A stretch of 60,681 nucleotides of DNA, the filler included, from Nemertoderma westbladi (taxonomy: Eukaryota; Animalia; Xenacoelomorpha), in the NCBI GenBank assembly GCA_032718475.1. It is 3 parts of 3 records of this genome, joined end to end, with 100 filler letters (N's around TTAATTAATTAA, not from the genome) between each part and the next. Parts side by side here need not be neighbours in the genome. Positions count along the whole stretch, not along the records: positions 1 to 19,555 come from JAUCBJ010005128.1; 2 more parts are not named here. The stretch is one strand, 5' to 3'. Both the position numbers and the translations under genes were made by a program. This document shows, piece after piece, positions 1-12,082 of the stretch (positions are counted from its first letter, which is position 1; the number at the start of each line of letters is the position of its first letter). The notes under the pieces are model-generated. The model did no database searches. It had not been told where the DNA came from and saw only the letters and a program-made list of their open reading frames with translations.

Positions 1-879
1 GTTTTTAATTGATCTAACTAAACGTAATTAAGTTATGTTAAAAATGCCACCGTATCTCTATACTTCGAGCTCCCTCATTCATTGGCATGCTTGATATTGC
101 CTAGCCTATCTACTAGCGCTGGGAACCATAGTCCAACCACCTCAGCACTACTTGGCAACGGGTAATTACATCAATAGGACATAGCCACTACAGTAGTGTA
201 AGGTAAAGTCATCTTGTTTTATCTGCCTTTCATTAATCCTCTGTGCTCCTTTGGATTGGGGTGGTGCAGATTAAGAGGGCGGTTGAAGCAAGGGGGGGGG
301 GGGGGGGGGGGATCTTTCTTCTCTTCTTTGATTTATTCTTATTGGTTTTGGTTAAATTTTCTTAATTATTTATTTAAATTTCTTAAGGGGAGATGGAACC
401 CTTAGATTTTCCCATACAAACGCCTTTTTAACAAATGCCCCGTTTTCTCCAGAACTACCAGGTCGATTTTTATGAAATTTGGTATGCTATTAAAGTAGCC
501 ACTCCGCCAGACCTGGAACCTAAAAAAATTCGAAATTTTCGAATTTTTTGTATTATTTTTCATATTTTTGAAAAAAAGGTCAAAAATTTGGGATTTGGTC
601 CTAAAATACAAAGAATGATGATGAGTTAACTATGATATTAGAGGTTCCAGTTATGCGCCACACCGCCATGGATCATGTGTCAAAATTTCAAGAAATTTCA
701 TCGAGCCGTTCTCGAGATAATGGGGCATTTGTAACCAAAATAACATGAAAAATTGAAGTAGGAGAAAAATGCATTCAAAGTTTTCAAACCTTCCCGCCAA
801 TTTTTATAAATGGGAGAATTTTCAAGCATACCATTATTGTCAAATTTTGAAAGGACATTTTTTCTAACAAAAATCAAAA

Positions 880-1577
880 CTTTCGCTATGGGCTTTTCCT
901 GTTCCGTGATTTCATTTCCGATGTCAGTTTTCACGATTGACGGATTCTAGTCTGTCTGTCCGTCTGTCTGTCTTTTGGTTTGTCCGTCAAAATATAAACA
1001 AGCCTACAACACTCAAATAAAATTTTCTTATGGGGTTTTCCTGGTCTGTGACTCCATTTCCAATGTCAGTTTTCACTATTGACGGATTCTACTATGTCCG
1101 CCCGTCCATTCTGTCTGTCTTTTGGTCTGTCCGTCAAAATTTAAAAAAGCACACAACCACTAAATAAAATTTTGTTATGGGGTTATTCTGGTCTGTGATT
1201 TCATTTCCAATGTCAGTTTTCACTATTGATGGATTCTAGTATGTCTGTCCGTCCATTCTGTCTGTCTTTTGGTGTGTCCGTCAAATTTAAAAAAGCACAC
1301 AACACCTAAATAAAATTTTGCTATGGGGTTTTCCCGGTCTGTGATGTCATTTCCTATGTCTGTTTTCACTATTAATGGATTCTAGTATGTCTCACCGTCA
1401 ATTCTGTCTGTCTTTTGGCGTGTCCGTCAAATTTAAATAAGCAAACAACACCTACATAAATACATACAATTTTGTTATGGGGTTTTACTAGTCCGTGATT
1501 TCATTTCCGATGTCAAATTTCAATATTGAAGGATTCTAGACTGTATGCCATCCGTCTGTCTGTCATTTGGGTTGTCT
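880..1577 (+). repeat. Left subterminal tandem array (~120-bp unit) of the Kolobok-type element
   Basis: Repeated unit tatggggttttcctggtctgtgatttcatttccaatgtcagttttcactattgacggattctag...gtctgtct...gtccgtcaaaat; the last unit resumes at 4447 after the LINE. Confidence 0.85.
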
Positions 1578-4436
1578 AGCACCGAATGCAGACTGGACAG
1601 ACTGATGAGGTTCTGATTAAGGACATGGCGTCAGCAGATGATAGTGGCAATGGTGGTATTGGTCTATTGATGAATACAACTGCACATGCAGCATTGGACA
1701 AAATAGACCAAATCTCTAACCGCATCATCCGTTGCCACTTCTCATGTTCTGGAAGACTGGCTAAGAAGTTTCCTAAGGTGGTTCTGTTTGTGTGCTACTC
1801 TCCAACTAGTGTTGCCCCTGTAGAGGAGGTGGAAAATTTCTACCACAACCTACAAGCAGCTACTGATGGAGTGGATCAGCATGCATTCTTAACATTCCTG
1901 GGAGACTTTAATGCAAGTCTGCATCAATCACCTACATCGCCCTGGGTCTTTAGCAATAGTGTCAACCGAAATTCCGTCCATCTTCAGGATTTTATCTCTG
2001 GAAATGGATTGTTTTCGGCTGGAACCCAGTTCAAGAAGCGAAATGGAAGGCTATGGACTCATAGTGGACCCAGTGGTCACAAGTCCCAGATAGACCATAT
2101 TCTGTTTCGTAGGAAGTACAGGAGCTCTATACAAGACTGTAATGCATTTACACTTCGACACTTCTCCAGTGATCACCGCCTTATTGTGGCCAAGGTAAGA
2201 CTTAGTCTGCGTGCTAGCAGAACAACGAAATCTGCCTTGCCGCGGCATGACTGGTCCTCTCTGTTGCAACAGCCAAGTGTGAGATCCAGCTTCACACTAC
2301 AGCTGAGCAACAGGTATGAGGTTCTTGCCTCTGAGGCGGCAGATCACTGTGAGGGCTATACTGCCTTCACAGAAGCAGTTAAGTTAGCAGCTGCAGAAAC
2401 AATTCCTGTATACCCTCGAAACAGGAAAAGGGCCCCCTGGACTGACCACAAAATCCAGAAGTGCCGAAATGACCTATATAAGGCCAAACATATAAGGTCA
2501 AACAGACTACAGCGGCCAAGAATGTAGTTAAGGCTGCATCTAGGTCCCTGAACAGGCAGTACTCTGTTAATCTACAGGAGCTAATAAACCAAAAGGTTGA
2601 TGCCATCAATGATGCCGAAGACAGCAGGCAATCATCCCAGGCATGGAAATCGATCAACTTGCTTACTGGGCGGAAAAGCCAACCAACCACCAAGGTTAAG
2701 GCTGAATCACCAGCCGATCGCCTCAATGGTTGGAAGGCCCACTTTGAAAAGCTCCTCAATAATGACAGGGTATTGCCTGATAACTTTATAGAAGTAAAAT
2801 TGTCTGAGTCTGTACTCCCAGATATTCCCATTGGTGATATCTCCTTTGCAGAAGTGAAGGCTGCTGCAAAGAGCATTAAGACCAATCGTGCCAGTGGAGT
2901 AGATGGTGTTCCCCCTGAGGTCTTTAAAATACCTGAGTGTTTAAAGCTCATCTATCCCATCATAGTAGACATGTACCGAACAACAAGAGTCCCACAAGAA
3001 ATGAAAACAAATAAGTTGGTGCCAGTTCCCAAGAAGGGCAACCTAACACTCTATGGTTCTTTTCGGGGAATCTCATTGATCTCGATTGCTGCAAAGCTAT
3101 ACAATAGAATTATATTAAATCGCATCAGGGATCCCATTGAGAGACTGCTCCGTGGAAATCAGAATGGGTTCCATAAAGGTCGTGGGACCATGGAACCCAT
3201 TTTGGCACTTAGAAGGATAATTGAAGAGTTATCAAAAAAGAAAGACAGGCATCTGGCTGTTATCTTCTTCTACAAGGCTTCTACTTCTTCTAGGCCTTTG
3301 ATTCAGTCTCCCGCTCACGTATGTTCAGCATATTTTCATTATATGGGATTCTTGATGAAATTATTGCAGCAAATCAGATCAGTATACAATGGCTCAACAA
3401 CATTTGTGTCTACTGTTGACGGTGACACAGAACCATTTGAAAGGTTATGGGGCATCCTCCGGGGAGACACACTTGCACCATTCTTGTTCATAATTGTGGT
3501 TGACTATGTTCTACGCATGTCCTTAGATCATCATAATGATGATGGGGTGATGATAACTCCACCTACTGGCTCCAGAATTCGAGGAAATCCTGCCAAGTAA
3601 CTAACTGATTTAGACTTTGCTGATGACTTAGGAGTACTCTCAGAATCACTAGAGGGAGCCCAACGGCTCCTCAGCTCATTAGAACATGCTGCTTCTAGTG
3701 TTGGTCTTTTTATTAACTCCAGAAAGACCAAAATTTTGACAGTTAACTTTGAAAGTTCTCAGCAAGTCTCTGATCGGATGAGCATAAGCTCAAAGGATGG
3801 TATGCTTGAGCATGTGAACGACTTCTGTTACCTGGGATCATGGATCCGGAAGTCAGGTGAGGACCTTCGAATACGTAAGGGAAAGGCATGGGCAGCCTTG
3901 AATAGGCTTTCCAGGATTTGGAAGTCACCGAGAATTAATCGGAAACTTAAGGTCCGATTATTTAGAGCGCAGCAGTAGTTCCAGTACTCCTCTATGGGAG
4001 TCCATGCTGGGCTCTAACTGCTGAGGATACCAAATCTCTGGATGGCACATTCACAAGAATGTTACGCCGGGTTCATTGTGTCAAGTACAATGCACACATC
4101 TCCAACCAGACACTATATAACATTGGAGGTGTCTCATTGGTTCCCCCAAGCTTGACACTAGAACAAAATCGCCTCCGCTTTGCAGGACATTGCTTTCGCC
4201 GTGAGGACCAGCCAGTGCATAATCTTGTACTTGGGCAGCCTCATGGAGTGAATAAGCATGGTGGACAGCCCATGACTTTCTTGAGACGCATCTTAAAGGA
4301 CACTGGTATTGAAGATGCGGATGATCTAGCAAATGCCATGGGTGATAGGGAGTTGTGGCGGCGCAATTTTGTCGACAAGCCGGCACAGCATTCTTAAAAA
4401 TGCAGCTGCAATGCAGCATGCCGATACTAGTACTAG
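1578..4436 (+). mobile_element. 5'-truncated RTE-clade LINE (APE endonuclease plus RT), disrupted by frameshifts and stops
   Basis: ORFs 1586-2527 (CYSPT, LGDFNA, SQIDHIL, SDH), 2659-3600 (LVPVPKKG, FRGISL, QNGF, GDTLAPFLF), DLDFADDL near 3607, YLGS and RLRFAGH. 3' tail (TACTAG)2. 10-bp TSD TGGGTTGTCT at 1568-1577 and 4437-4446. Confidence 0.92.
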
Positions 4437-5015
4437 TGGGTTGTCTGTCAAAATATGAAAAAGCACACAATACCGGTATGTAAGAGACAGATGTACAAAC
4501 AGAGGGAAAAACGTATTACATTACATCAAATAGCAATTGTCAAATGTTTGTAAAAAGTGCCAAAAATTATAAATTTTTAACTAATTGCATTTCAACGATT
4601 GTTTTGAAGCATATACAAATAATAAATCAACTGTAGTTTTGGAGGGAAATTTGAATTGATAATTGACTTGACAGATTCCAGAACTGTCATTTCACCAGTT
4701 TATGGAGGTATCTGACTGCGTCATTGACATTGTACAGTACTGCAAGTAGGCTTACCTGTAAGCACAAGTTGTGGAAGGACCTTTCATAAGAGATCTGATG
4801 TGTTATATCTGTATATTGGCAACTTTTCGTCTGAATGGCGCATTCTTTTGGCGCAATAGTGTGTTACATGGTATTAGAATATTTGAATGTACCAGTAACT
4901 TTACTATCACTATGCCTACTTTAGGTACCGGTAGTGGTTGCAATTTAGTCATTTATAATATAAACCCAAATGAATCGAATATTACATGTTTCTAAACAAT
5001 GAATGAAGTCGTAGA

Positions 5016-6808
5016 ATGACTAAGCCAAAAGGGAATATTGTGAAGCGCAAATTTCGTGGCAATCAATTTATTTCTAAATCTACAGTGAAACAAGCATCTA
5101 CCAGCAGCAGGCAAAAACTACTGTTGTTGACTCTAAAATTACTGCAGCGAAAAAAATTTTTGAACATACAGAGTATCAATCAACTCAGACAAGATATGTA
5201 TTAGTAAACATAAGTTATCTAGCTGATCAGCTGAAGGGCACATTGGTCTGTGCGGAATGTGAAAGTAATAACTTTTCGCTAACAGATATAGGTAATCATG
5301 ATTTGGCAACGAATTTGAGAATTAGTTGTTCTGGATGTAATGTAAATAAGACTTTCTTCAGTTCACCAAGAATCAGGAATTCTGAAGCAAAGTGTACAAC
5401 ATTTGATATAAACCAACGATGTGTGTATGCCTTTAGGGCTATAGGAATCGGCCGAAATGCAGCTCAAATATTCTGTGCAATAATGGATCTACCGTGTGTA
5501 CCAATGCGATTTGGTCACTACAATGACAAGTTAAATGCTGCACTTGAGACGGTTGCGATTGCCAACATGAATAAAGCAGCAACTGAACTTGTAGAAGATG
5601 TTCACACTAAGGAGGTCGATGAAACGAATAATGAGATTGTGACTGATGTAGCTGTTTCTTTCGATGGAACGTGGCAAAAACGGGGACGCACTTCATTGAA
5701 TGGCGTTGTGTCGGCAATATCTGTTGACACTGGCAAAGTTATCGATGCCCATATACTCACATTGTTCTGCAAAAAATGCAGTAAAATTAGCTCTATAGTC
5801 GATTCAACAGCGAGGAAAACTGCTGAAGATAATCATAAAATATATTGTTATAAAAATTACTCCGGATCCAGTGGAGGGATGGAAATTGCGGGGGCTAAAG
5901 TTATATACCGCAGATCTATCGAGAAACGTGGTCTAAGATACACAAGTTTTTGGGTGATGGCGATAGTGCTAGTTTTCCGGCAGTTGCCTCAATGAAACTA
6001 TATGGTGATGATGTAGAGGTAGAGAAGCTAGAATGTGTTGGCCACATTCAGAAACGTATGGGTGGTAGACTACGAAGACTGAAAAAAGATCATGGGAAAA
6101 GAAAACTACCGGATGGGAAGTCAATGATGGCAATGGGTAAAGGACGTCTAACTGATAAGAGTATTGATGCTTACAAGTATACTTCGGGATAGCAATTAGA
6201 GAAATCAATTCAAAACAGCAATTCAGTAGAGTATATGAGACGCGCCATATGGGCGATATATTACCACAAGTTGTCTACAGATGCCGAACCACAACATGGT
6301 CTGTGCCCAAAGGTGCCATCTACGTGGTGTCAGTACAATAAAAGCATCAATACGACTACTCATTTCCAACACAAGAATTATATACCATTGGAAATAATGA
6401 ATATTACGACCAACATTTAGAGATCTGTCTAACCCTGAACTACTGAAAAAATGCCTGCATGGTAAAACACAAAATACGAACGAGAGTTTCAACAACATGG
6501 TTTGGTCTAGAGCACCAAAACGCGTATTTGTGGGTCTCTCAGCCCTGGAAATCGCAGTTTATGATGCCATCATTACATTCAACGAAGGTCATGCAGCACG
6601 GTTATCTGTACTAAGGGAGTTGGGGTGCTCTATTTGAAAGTCATGTATTCCTGGGTTGGCGGAGGTAGACAAACAACGTATCAAGAAAGCTGAAATATGC
6701 TGCCAAGCAATCACCAAGGAAGCTCGGAAAAGGCGCAGACCGAAGCGGAAAGTTACAGAGGAGAAACGAGCACAAGCTGCTGAAGAGTACGGTTATGGCA
6801 TGCATTAG
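5016..6808 (+). pseudogene. Frameshifted Kolobok-type (Mutator-like-annotated) DDE transposase
   Basis: Consecutive ORF pieces: N-terminal RKFRGNQF, CxxC...CxxC, VSFDGTWQKRGRTSLNG...TGKVID, YSGSSGGME, GDGDS, KLECVGHIQKRMG, H..CP....WC, then HGKTQNTNESFN at about 6458-6495 and a basic C-terminus ending TAG at 6808. Confidence 0.85.
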
Positions 6809-7019
6809 AAGAAATGCCTGATGTTGGCATATTGTTTAGTTGACAAAAACTTGTTTACTATTTTATATTAAAATCTATGTTTGATTTATTGTAAAAGTTT
6901 TAGACAGTGTTTGCTACACAGACAGTTTTTAACATTTTTTATTGTATGGACTCAAAAAGTGGGTGCAATAAAATTTAAAAAAAGTTCATTTTTGACACTT
7001 TTGGTTCAGGGGAAATTGT

Positions 7020-7610
7020 TAAATCAGTAAATCATAGAAATTGATACAAGAAACGAAATCACAGACCAGAAAAACCCTATAGAAAAATGTGATTGTGTAA
7101 TTCTTATATTTTGTCACACAAGCTGAAAGACAGACATACATACAGATAGAGAGACGGACTGACAAGACTAGAATCCGTAAATCGTAGAAACAGATTACAG
7201 AAACGAAATCACACACCAGAAAAACACCATAACACAATTTTTAGTTAGGTGTGGTGTACTTTTAATATTTTGACGGACAGACCAAATGACAGACAGACAG
7301 ACAGGCGGACAGACAGGACGAATAATCCGTAAATCCTAGAAACTGATACCATAAACGAAATCACAGACCAGAAAAACCCCATAGCAAAATTTTTAGTTAG
7401 GTCTGGTGTATATTTTTATATTTTGACAGACAGACTAAAAAGACTCCGGACTAGACTCCATAAATTGTAGAAACTGATACCGGTACCATAAATGAAATCT
7501 CAGACCAGGAAAACCCCATAGCCAAAAGTTTTAGCTAAATGTAGTGAGATTTTTTACACTGTATTTTCACAAACAGACAAAAAACAGACTAACCGACAAA
7601 CAGACAGAGT
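7020..7610 (-). repeat. Right subterminal array, inverted copy of the ~120-bp unit
   Basis: Units gaaatcacagaccagaaaaaccccatag...ttttgacggacagac are the reverse complement of the 880-1577 units. Confidence 0.8.
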
Positions 7611-7852
7611 TTCAAGCGGTTTGGGCTCATGATATTGTTTTAAAGTGTCAATATTAATAAGACGGAAAATTGTCATCTTAAACAACTAAAAAAAAAATCT
7701 CAAAATTTTTATTTTTTTGAAAATTTTAAGGGTTCCATCTCCCCTTAAGTACCGATTTTGGGATAGAATTGCTCAATTTTAATCTGTATCTAATAACTGA
7801 GCCTCGTCCTGCACGATGGCCCCACGAACGTGTACTACAGTACACGTTCGTT

Positions 7853-8434
7853 GGCCTAGCAAACATGTCAGTTGTGCAAATAACTGAAGGTCGACTTTCA
7901 GAATGACAATATATTTGATATTTTGATATGGGGAGAGTTGAGAGTTCTACACTGTATCAATTTGAATTTGCTACAATTTGGTCAATGGACGTAATTGAAG
8001 CCTCCTCGTTAAGTAAGAAAATACTAAATATTATGGTATATAGCTAGTGTTTTTGGTAGGTTTACCTAGTAATTTCGACCCTGGTCCCGACATCTTACTT
8101 CCCACTATAAATATTTTGTAGTAGCTAGTTCTTATTACTATTTGTATAAAAATGTTCCAGAACATGTTAGCTATTAATTAAAAAAAAATGTTCTACCGGT
8201 AGAACAAATATTTTTTGTTCCAGTACATTTTTAAGAACAAATCTGGATTTTATTTAAAACGCATGGGAATTTGAAAAAAAATTTGAAAAAATTTAAAATT
8301 TTTGAAAAATTTTGTTTATACCAAATTGCAGAAAATGAAAATTTATAGAACCCTCCCCCATATCAAAATATCAAATATTGTCATTCTGAAATTCGGCCTT
8401 CAGTTATTTGCAGTACTGATATGTTTGCTAGGCC
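7853..8434. mobile_element. MITE with ~85-bp TIRs
   Basis: ggcctagcaaacatgtcag...gaatgacaat...tgatatgggg (7853-7935) is inverted at 8355-8434; the interior is AT-rich and non-coding. Confidence 0.75.
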
Positions 8435-9268
8435 TTTAGTATATAGAACGCAATGCTGAAAACCCACTTTATATTGTTATTAATCCAAAACTGTCAACGC
8501 CGTTAGTATCAACAGCGAGTTGTTATTTAGCACTTTACAACTTCTGAGGACATTACAGCATTGTATTGGCCTGTACATTAAGTATTGTATTTGGTGTTAT
8601 CGGTTAAGTAATGTCCCCTTAGTGGACATTACTGAACGCCGTCATTGGTTACCATAGGTGGATAGGTAAACAATAGGTGGAAATTTGCCTGGCAGCCAGA
8701 TAGGCCTACTGCATTACCTACCGGTAGGCGGGGTATAGCTATTAATAACCAGTTGGGCCTAGCTATATTATTAAAACGGCTCCACACGCCACCATAAATA
8801 TAAGCTAACTTATTTATAACATAATTTATGTCATTTTTACATTTATTTATACAGCAACTAATTTAATTTGTGCAGTTTCTATCACTTATAATGTATATGT
8901 ACAATCATTTCGTAATGTTAAAATTTTGGAATAAAACTACATACATACTTGTTGCAAATTACTTTACAGTGTTCTGATCCTCGTGGCTTTATTTTCACTC
9001 ACTTACTAACGTTCGTTCGTGTAACAAAGCCACTCAGATCATCACACTATAAAGTGCTACTTTACACACAAGTACATGTAAATACTGTAGTTATTACCCA
9101 CCCACAACGGCATAGAATAACTACATCAAATTCTTAAATTGCAATCGCCATAGAATACTACTGTCACCTAACTACACTTGACGTTTGGATATTTTCCAAA
9201 ACGCTAAACACAAACGTAAAGTTGAATTCTTCAATCTATCATAACTCCGGGGGCTGTCGGAAACTGTT

Positions 9269-9597
9269 ATTGTGGGGCAAGCCACGAAGTGAGCGAAGCC
9301 TTAGCATATGGGTTCCATTAACGAGTTGTCTGTCGTCGTCGTCTGTCGTAAATTTTTGATCACTAATATCTTGGTTATTCCTTGATGAAATTACACGAAA
9401 CTTGGTACATACAGTATGTAGGCCGCCAAAAGTTTAGAAAGAATCTTAATTTTGGCAAAAAACGAACGAACGCAACGTGGCAAATGAAGGATACGAGGAT
9501 TGTGTTGACGAATTCTGACTAACGACAGACAACTGTGCCCCTGGTCCCCCTTAATGGTGCCCCTGCCTATATTGCTAAGGCTTTGCTCACTTCGGGG
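9269..9597 (+). mobile_element. Short Helentron/DINE-1-like non-autonomous element
   Basis: Head ttgtggggc-agccacgaagt..gc..agccttagc is shared with 17714; (GTC)n/GTCT microsatellite; cgaagtgagcgaagccttagca is inverted at about 9572-9594. Confidence 0.55.
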
Positions 9598-9636
9598 TGT
9601 CCGGGTTTGTCCAAGGGAGTCCTGAACTGATTGTTC

Positions 9637-9893
9637 TGTAGATAGGACAATATGATAATGCTCTCCATATCGAAAAATATCAACCGACCCTGTTGGGGCT
9701 CGAACCCGGTACCTAGGTTTCAAACTTACGGTTATCATGGCTGATGATAACCGTAAGTTTGAAACCTAGGTACCGGGTTCGAGCCCCAACAGGGTCGGAT
9801 ATTTTTCGCTATGGAGAGCATTATCATATTGTCCTATCTACATTATATATTTAATTCACCGTCACTCACCCCACAACAATTCATTTATTATTA
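9637..9893 (+). mobile_element. tRNA-derived SINE insertion with an inverted duplicate at its 5' end
   Basis: B-box GGGTTCGAGCCCC at about 9775-9787, a (TTA)n tail, and a 14-bp TSD TGAACTGATTGTTC at 9623-9636 and 9894-9907. 9637-9738 is the reverse complement of about 9745-9842. Confidence 0.8.
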
Positions 9894-11320
9894 TGAACTG
9901 ATTGTTCGAACCGGATGCCCACTATTTTTATATGACGAGTTCAGTAATTAAGAAAAGTTAGGAATAATATTTAGGTATGTACCACCATGTGATGTGGATG
10001 TACCACCATACAGTATGTACCGGTTAATTTCAACGTACAGTATATCAATGCTACATTCTATTGTGTATGGGCTTTTACTTACTGTAGATGGGATTACAAT
10101 AGTAGAGGAATACGTACACACCCCTTCTCAAGTAATAACTCTATTATACAGTAAGGTTGATGTAATAAATAGGCGGTGTTAGTGGTCAAAATCGTTACAA
10201 TACTATGAGTTTAGTGCGCTTTAAAAATTAATCAAAATCACGGTTATGTAATATTGAGTCAGTTATAAGCCATCGGCTACGCCTCGGGATTATAACTTGT
10301 CCCTCGGGTAGTAAATATCTCGTAAAATAACTAAATAACCTGGTAAAAATAATATATGTTGTAATATATATATACAGTATATATGTGTAAAACTGCAGGC
10401 CTACTGGTAGCTGTGCGATAGGTCTACCGAAATTCAGATATTCCGTTCTGCCCTCGTGCGGTCGTGTATTGGAATTTAAACTCAATGGATCGAGCAAAAC
10501 TCACACCACTCGGAAGAATATGAAGAAGTTGAATTTCAGTGAATTGGAATTACAAACAACAATATCTCTACAAACTGACACTTTCCCTGTAAAACGGTGA
10601 CACGGTATTCTGACAAAAACAATATAAACGAAAGTCAATAGAATAGGATACAGTTTTATTGTTTTTATATAAAATCAGTTATAACATTACATATTACTTT
10701 ACGAATTTCAGTGCCGGAGTTTATTACACTAAAGAATAATAAATAGCCTTGGTCGGAAGAAAATATAACATACAGGACAATACAATCTGTCAGCAATGGA
10801 CAATAGCAGCCAAGGGATTTCAGATCTTAGATAGATTGGTTAAGGTCGACCGATTACTCATTATCACAATGTATTATAATCTCCGGCGATTCAAAGTGTA
10901 TGTCATAAAAGTTTTCTTTGTGATTGTAATAAATAATCTAACAATATAAGTCGCCATCTCATATTGAAATAAGCTGGAACATAAATTTCACTATGATGAT
11001 AAAAAATATTTTCTGCATTATTTACCATGTAATATACAACATTATTGTCTTTCAGTGTCTTCAGTATAGTAAAAATATACACCATTCTGTTCTTTGATAT
11101 CGTCACAGGGTAGACCAAGCCCCGGATTCTGATATACCTACTCGTCTTGTTCATTTTATTGTATTATTGGTTTTACTGACTCTATTTATATATTTGATGT
11201 GGGTCTATTTTGCCTGGAGTAAATAAATAATTCAGTGGCTCGCCCCCACCCAAAATTTGTCATAATGAGATCGCATGCTCTTTGAAACAATTTAGTTATT
11301 ACCATTGTCATGTCACCGCA

Positions 11321-11710
11321 TTAAGGAGAGGGGCGGGGGGGGGGGGGTGGGGGGGTCGAAAATTTTGACCTGAGAGGGGGACTCCCCCTCTCAGGTCAAC
11401 ATTTTCGATTTTTTTTTAAATTTCACCTAGAGCAGAATTTAGAGGATTTCAAATCTGGAAACGGCTTAGCGAGATCTATTTTAGTTCTCGAGAAATGGTT
11501 GGCTTTCCTTCTGTATGTCTGTCTGTCTGTCCATCAAAATAATATAGAAAGCATCAAGCAATCTGAAATGTTTGCTGTTGGGATTTTTCTTGATGTCGAT
11601 GTCAGTTTTCATATTTGGAATTGTCTAATCACTACGTATGTTTGTCTGTCTGTCTCTCAGTTTGTCTGTATGTCTGTCTGTCAAGTGTCCGTTAAAATAT
11701 AATTAAATAG
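11321..11710 (+). mobile_element. Fragment of a non-autonomous Kolobok-related element
   Basis: Starts TTAA-GGAG, has a strong hairpin at 11357-11407, and carries one degenerate copy of the 120-bp subterminal unit (gatgtcagttttca...gtctgtctg...gtccgttaaaat). Confidence 0.5.
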
Positions 11711-11840
11711 ATATCTAATAGATATTTATCAGTTTTGTATTATATATTGAACAGTTGTCTAATGGACTAGTTGTCTACTAGTAATAATAAATTGGAACCA
11801 ACATATAACAATAGCTGGTAATAATTGAGGGGAATAATCA

Positions 11841-12031
11841 TTGAACTTCCCTCTAAAACTGATATTGCACCAAATATTAAACGATATGATATACGAGTAG
11901 TTAAAATAAATGAATTTACATTATATTTTCAATTTGGTGCAATTAAAATTAGAAACAGATTATATTAGTTGAACTACTGCATATCGTTTAAGTTTTGGTG
12001 CAATATATATCAGTTTTAGAGGGAAATTCAA
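11841..12031. repeat. Inverted repeat / small MITE
   Basis: ttgaacttccctctaaaactgatattgcaccaaa pairs with tttggtgcaatatatatcagttttagagggaaattcaa. Confidence 0.6.
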
Positions 12032-12082
12032 ATTGCATTCTGCATCTGTAATGTGCTTCTCTGTTGTGTGATATTTCTGAAT

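Larger units (their letters stand above)
387..7744 (+). mobile_element. Kolobok-type DNA transposon, full length, with nested RTE LINE
   Basis: Perfect 18-bp TIRs GGGGAGATGGAACCCTTA (387-404) and TAAGGGTTCCATCTCCCC (7727-7744), flanked by TTAA (383-386, 7745-7748). Purine termini plus a TTAA TSD fit Kolobok. Internal transposase and subterminal repeat arrays are present. Confidence 0.85.

Noticed and set aside
291-311. Long G/C homopolymers (here and e.g. 13219, 18659, 33864, 35088, 38068) as a distinct system
   Set aside because: They mostly lie within MITE-like repeats, and homopolymer lengths are unreliable in assemblies.
387-7744. piggyBac assignment based on the TTAA TSD
   Set aside because: The termini are GGGG rather than CC(C/T), and the transposase motifs are not piggyBac-like.
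10903-11154. ORF with YIRIR as DDX27 exon 2
   Set aside because: The following residues do not resemble the helicase C-terminal domain.
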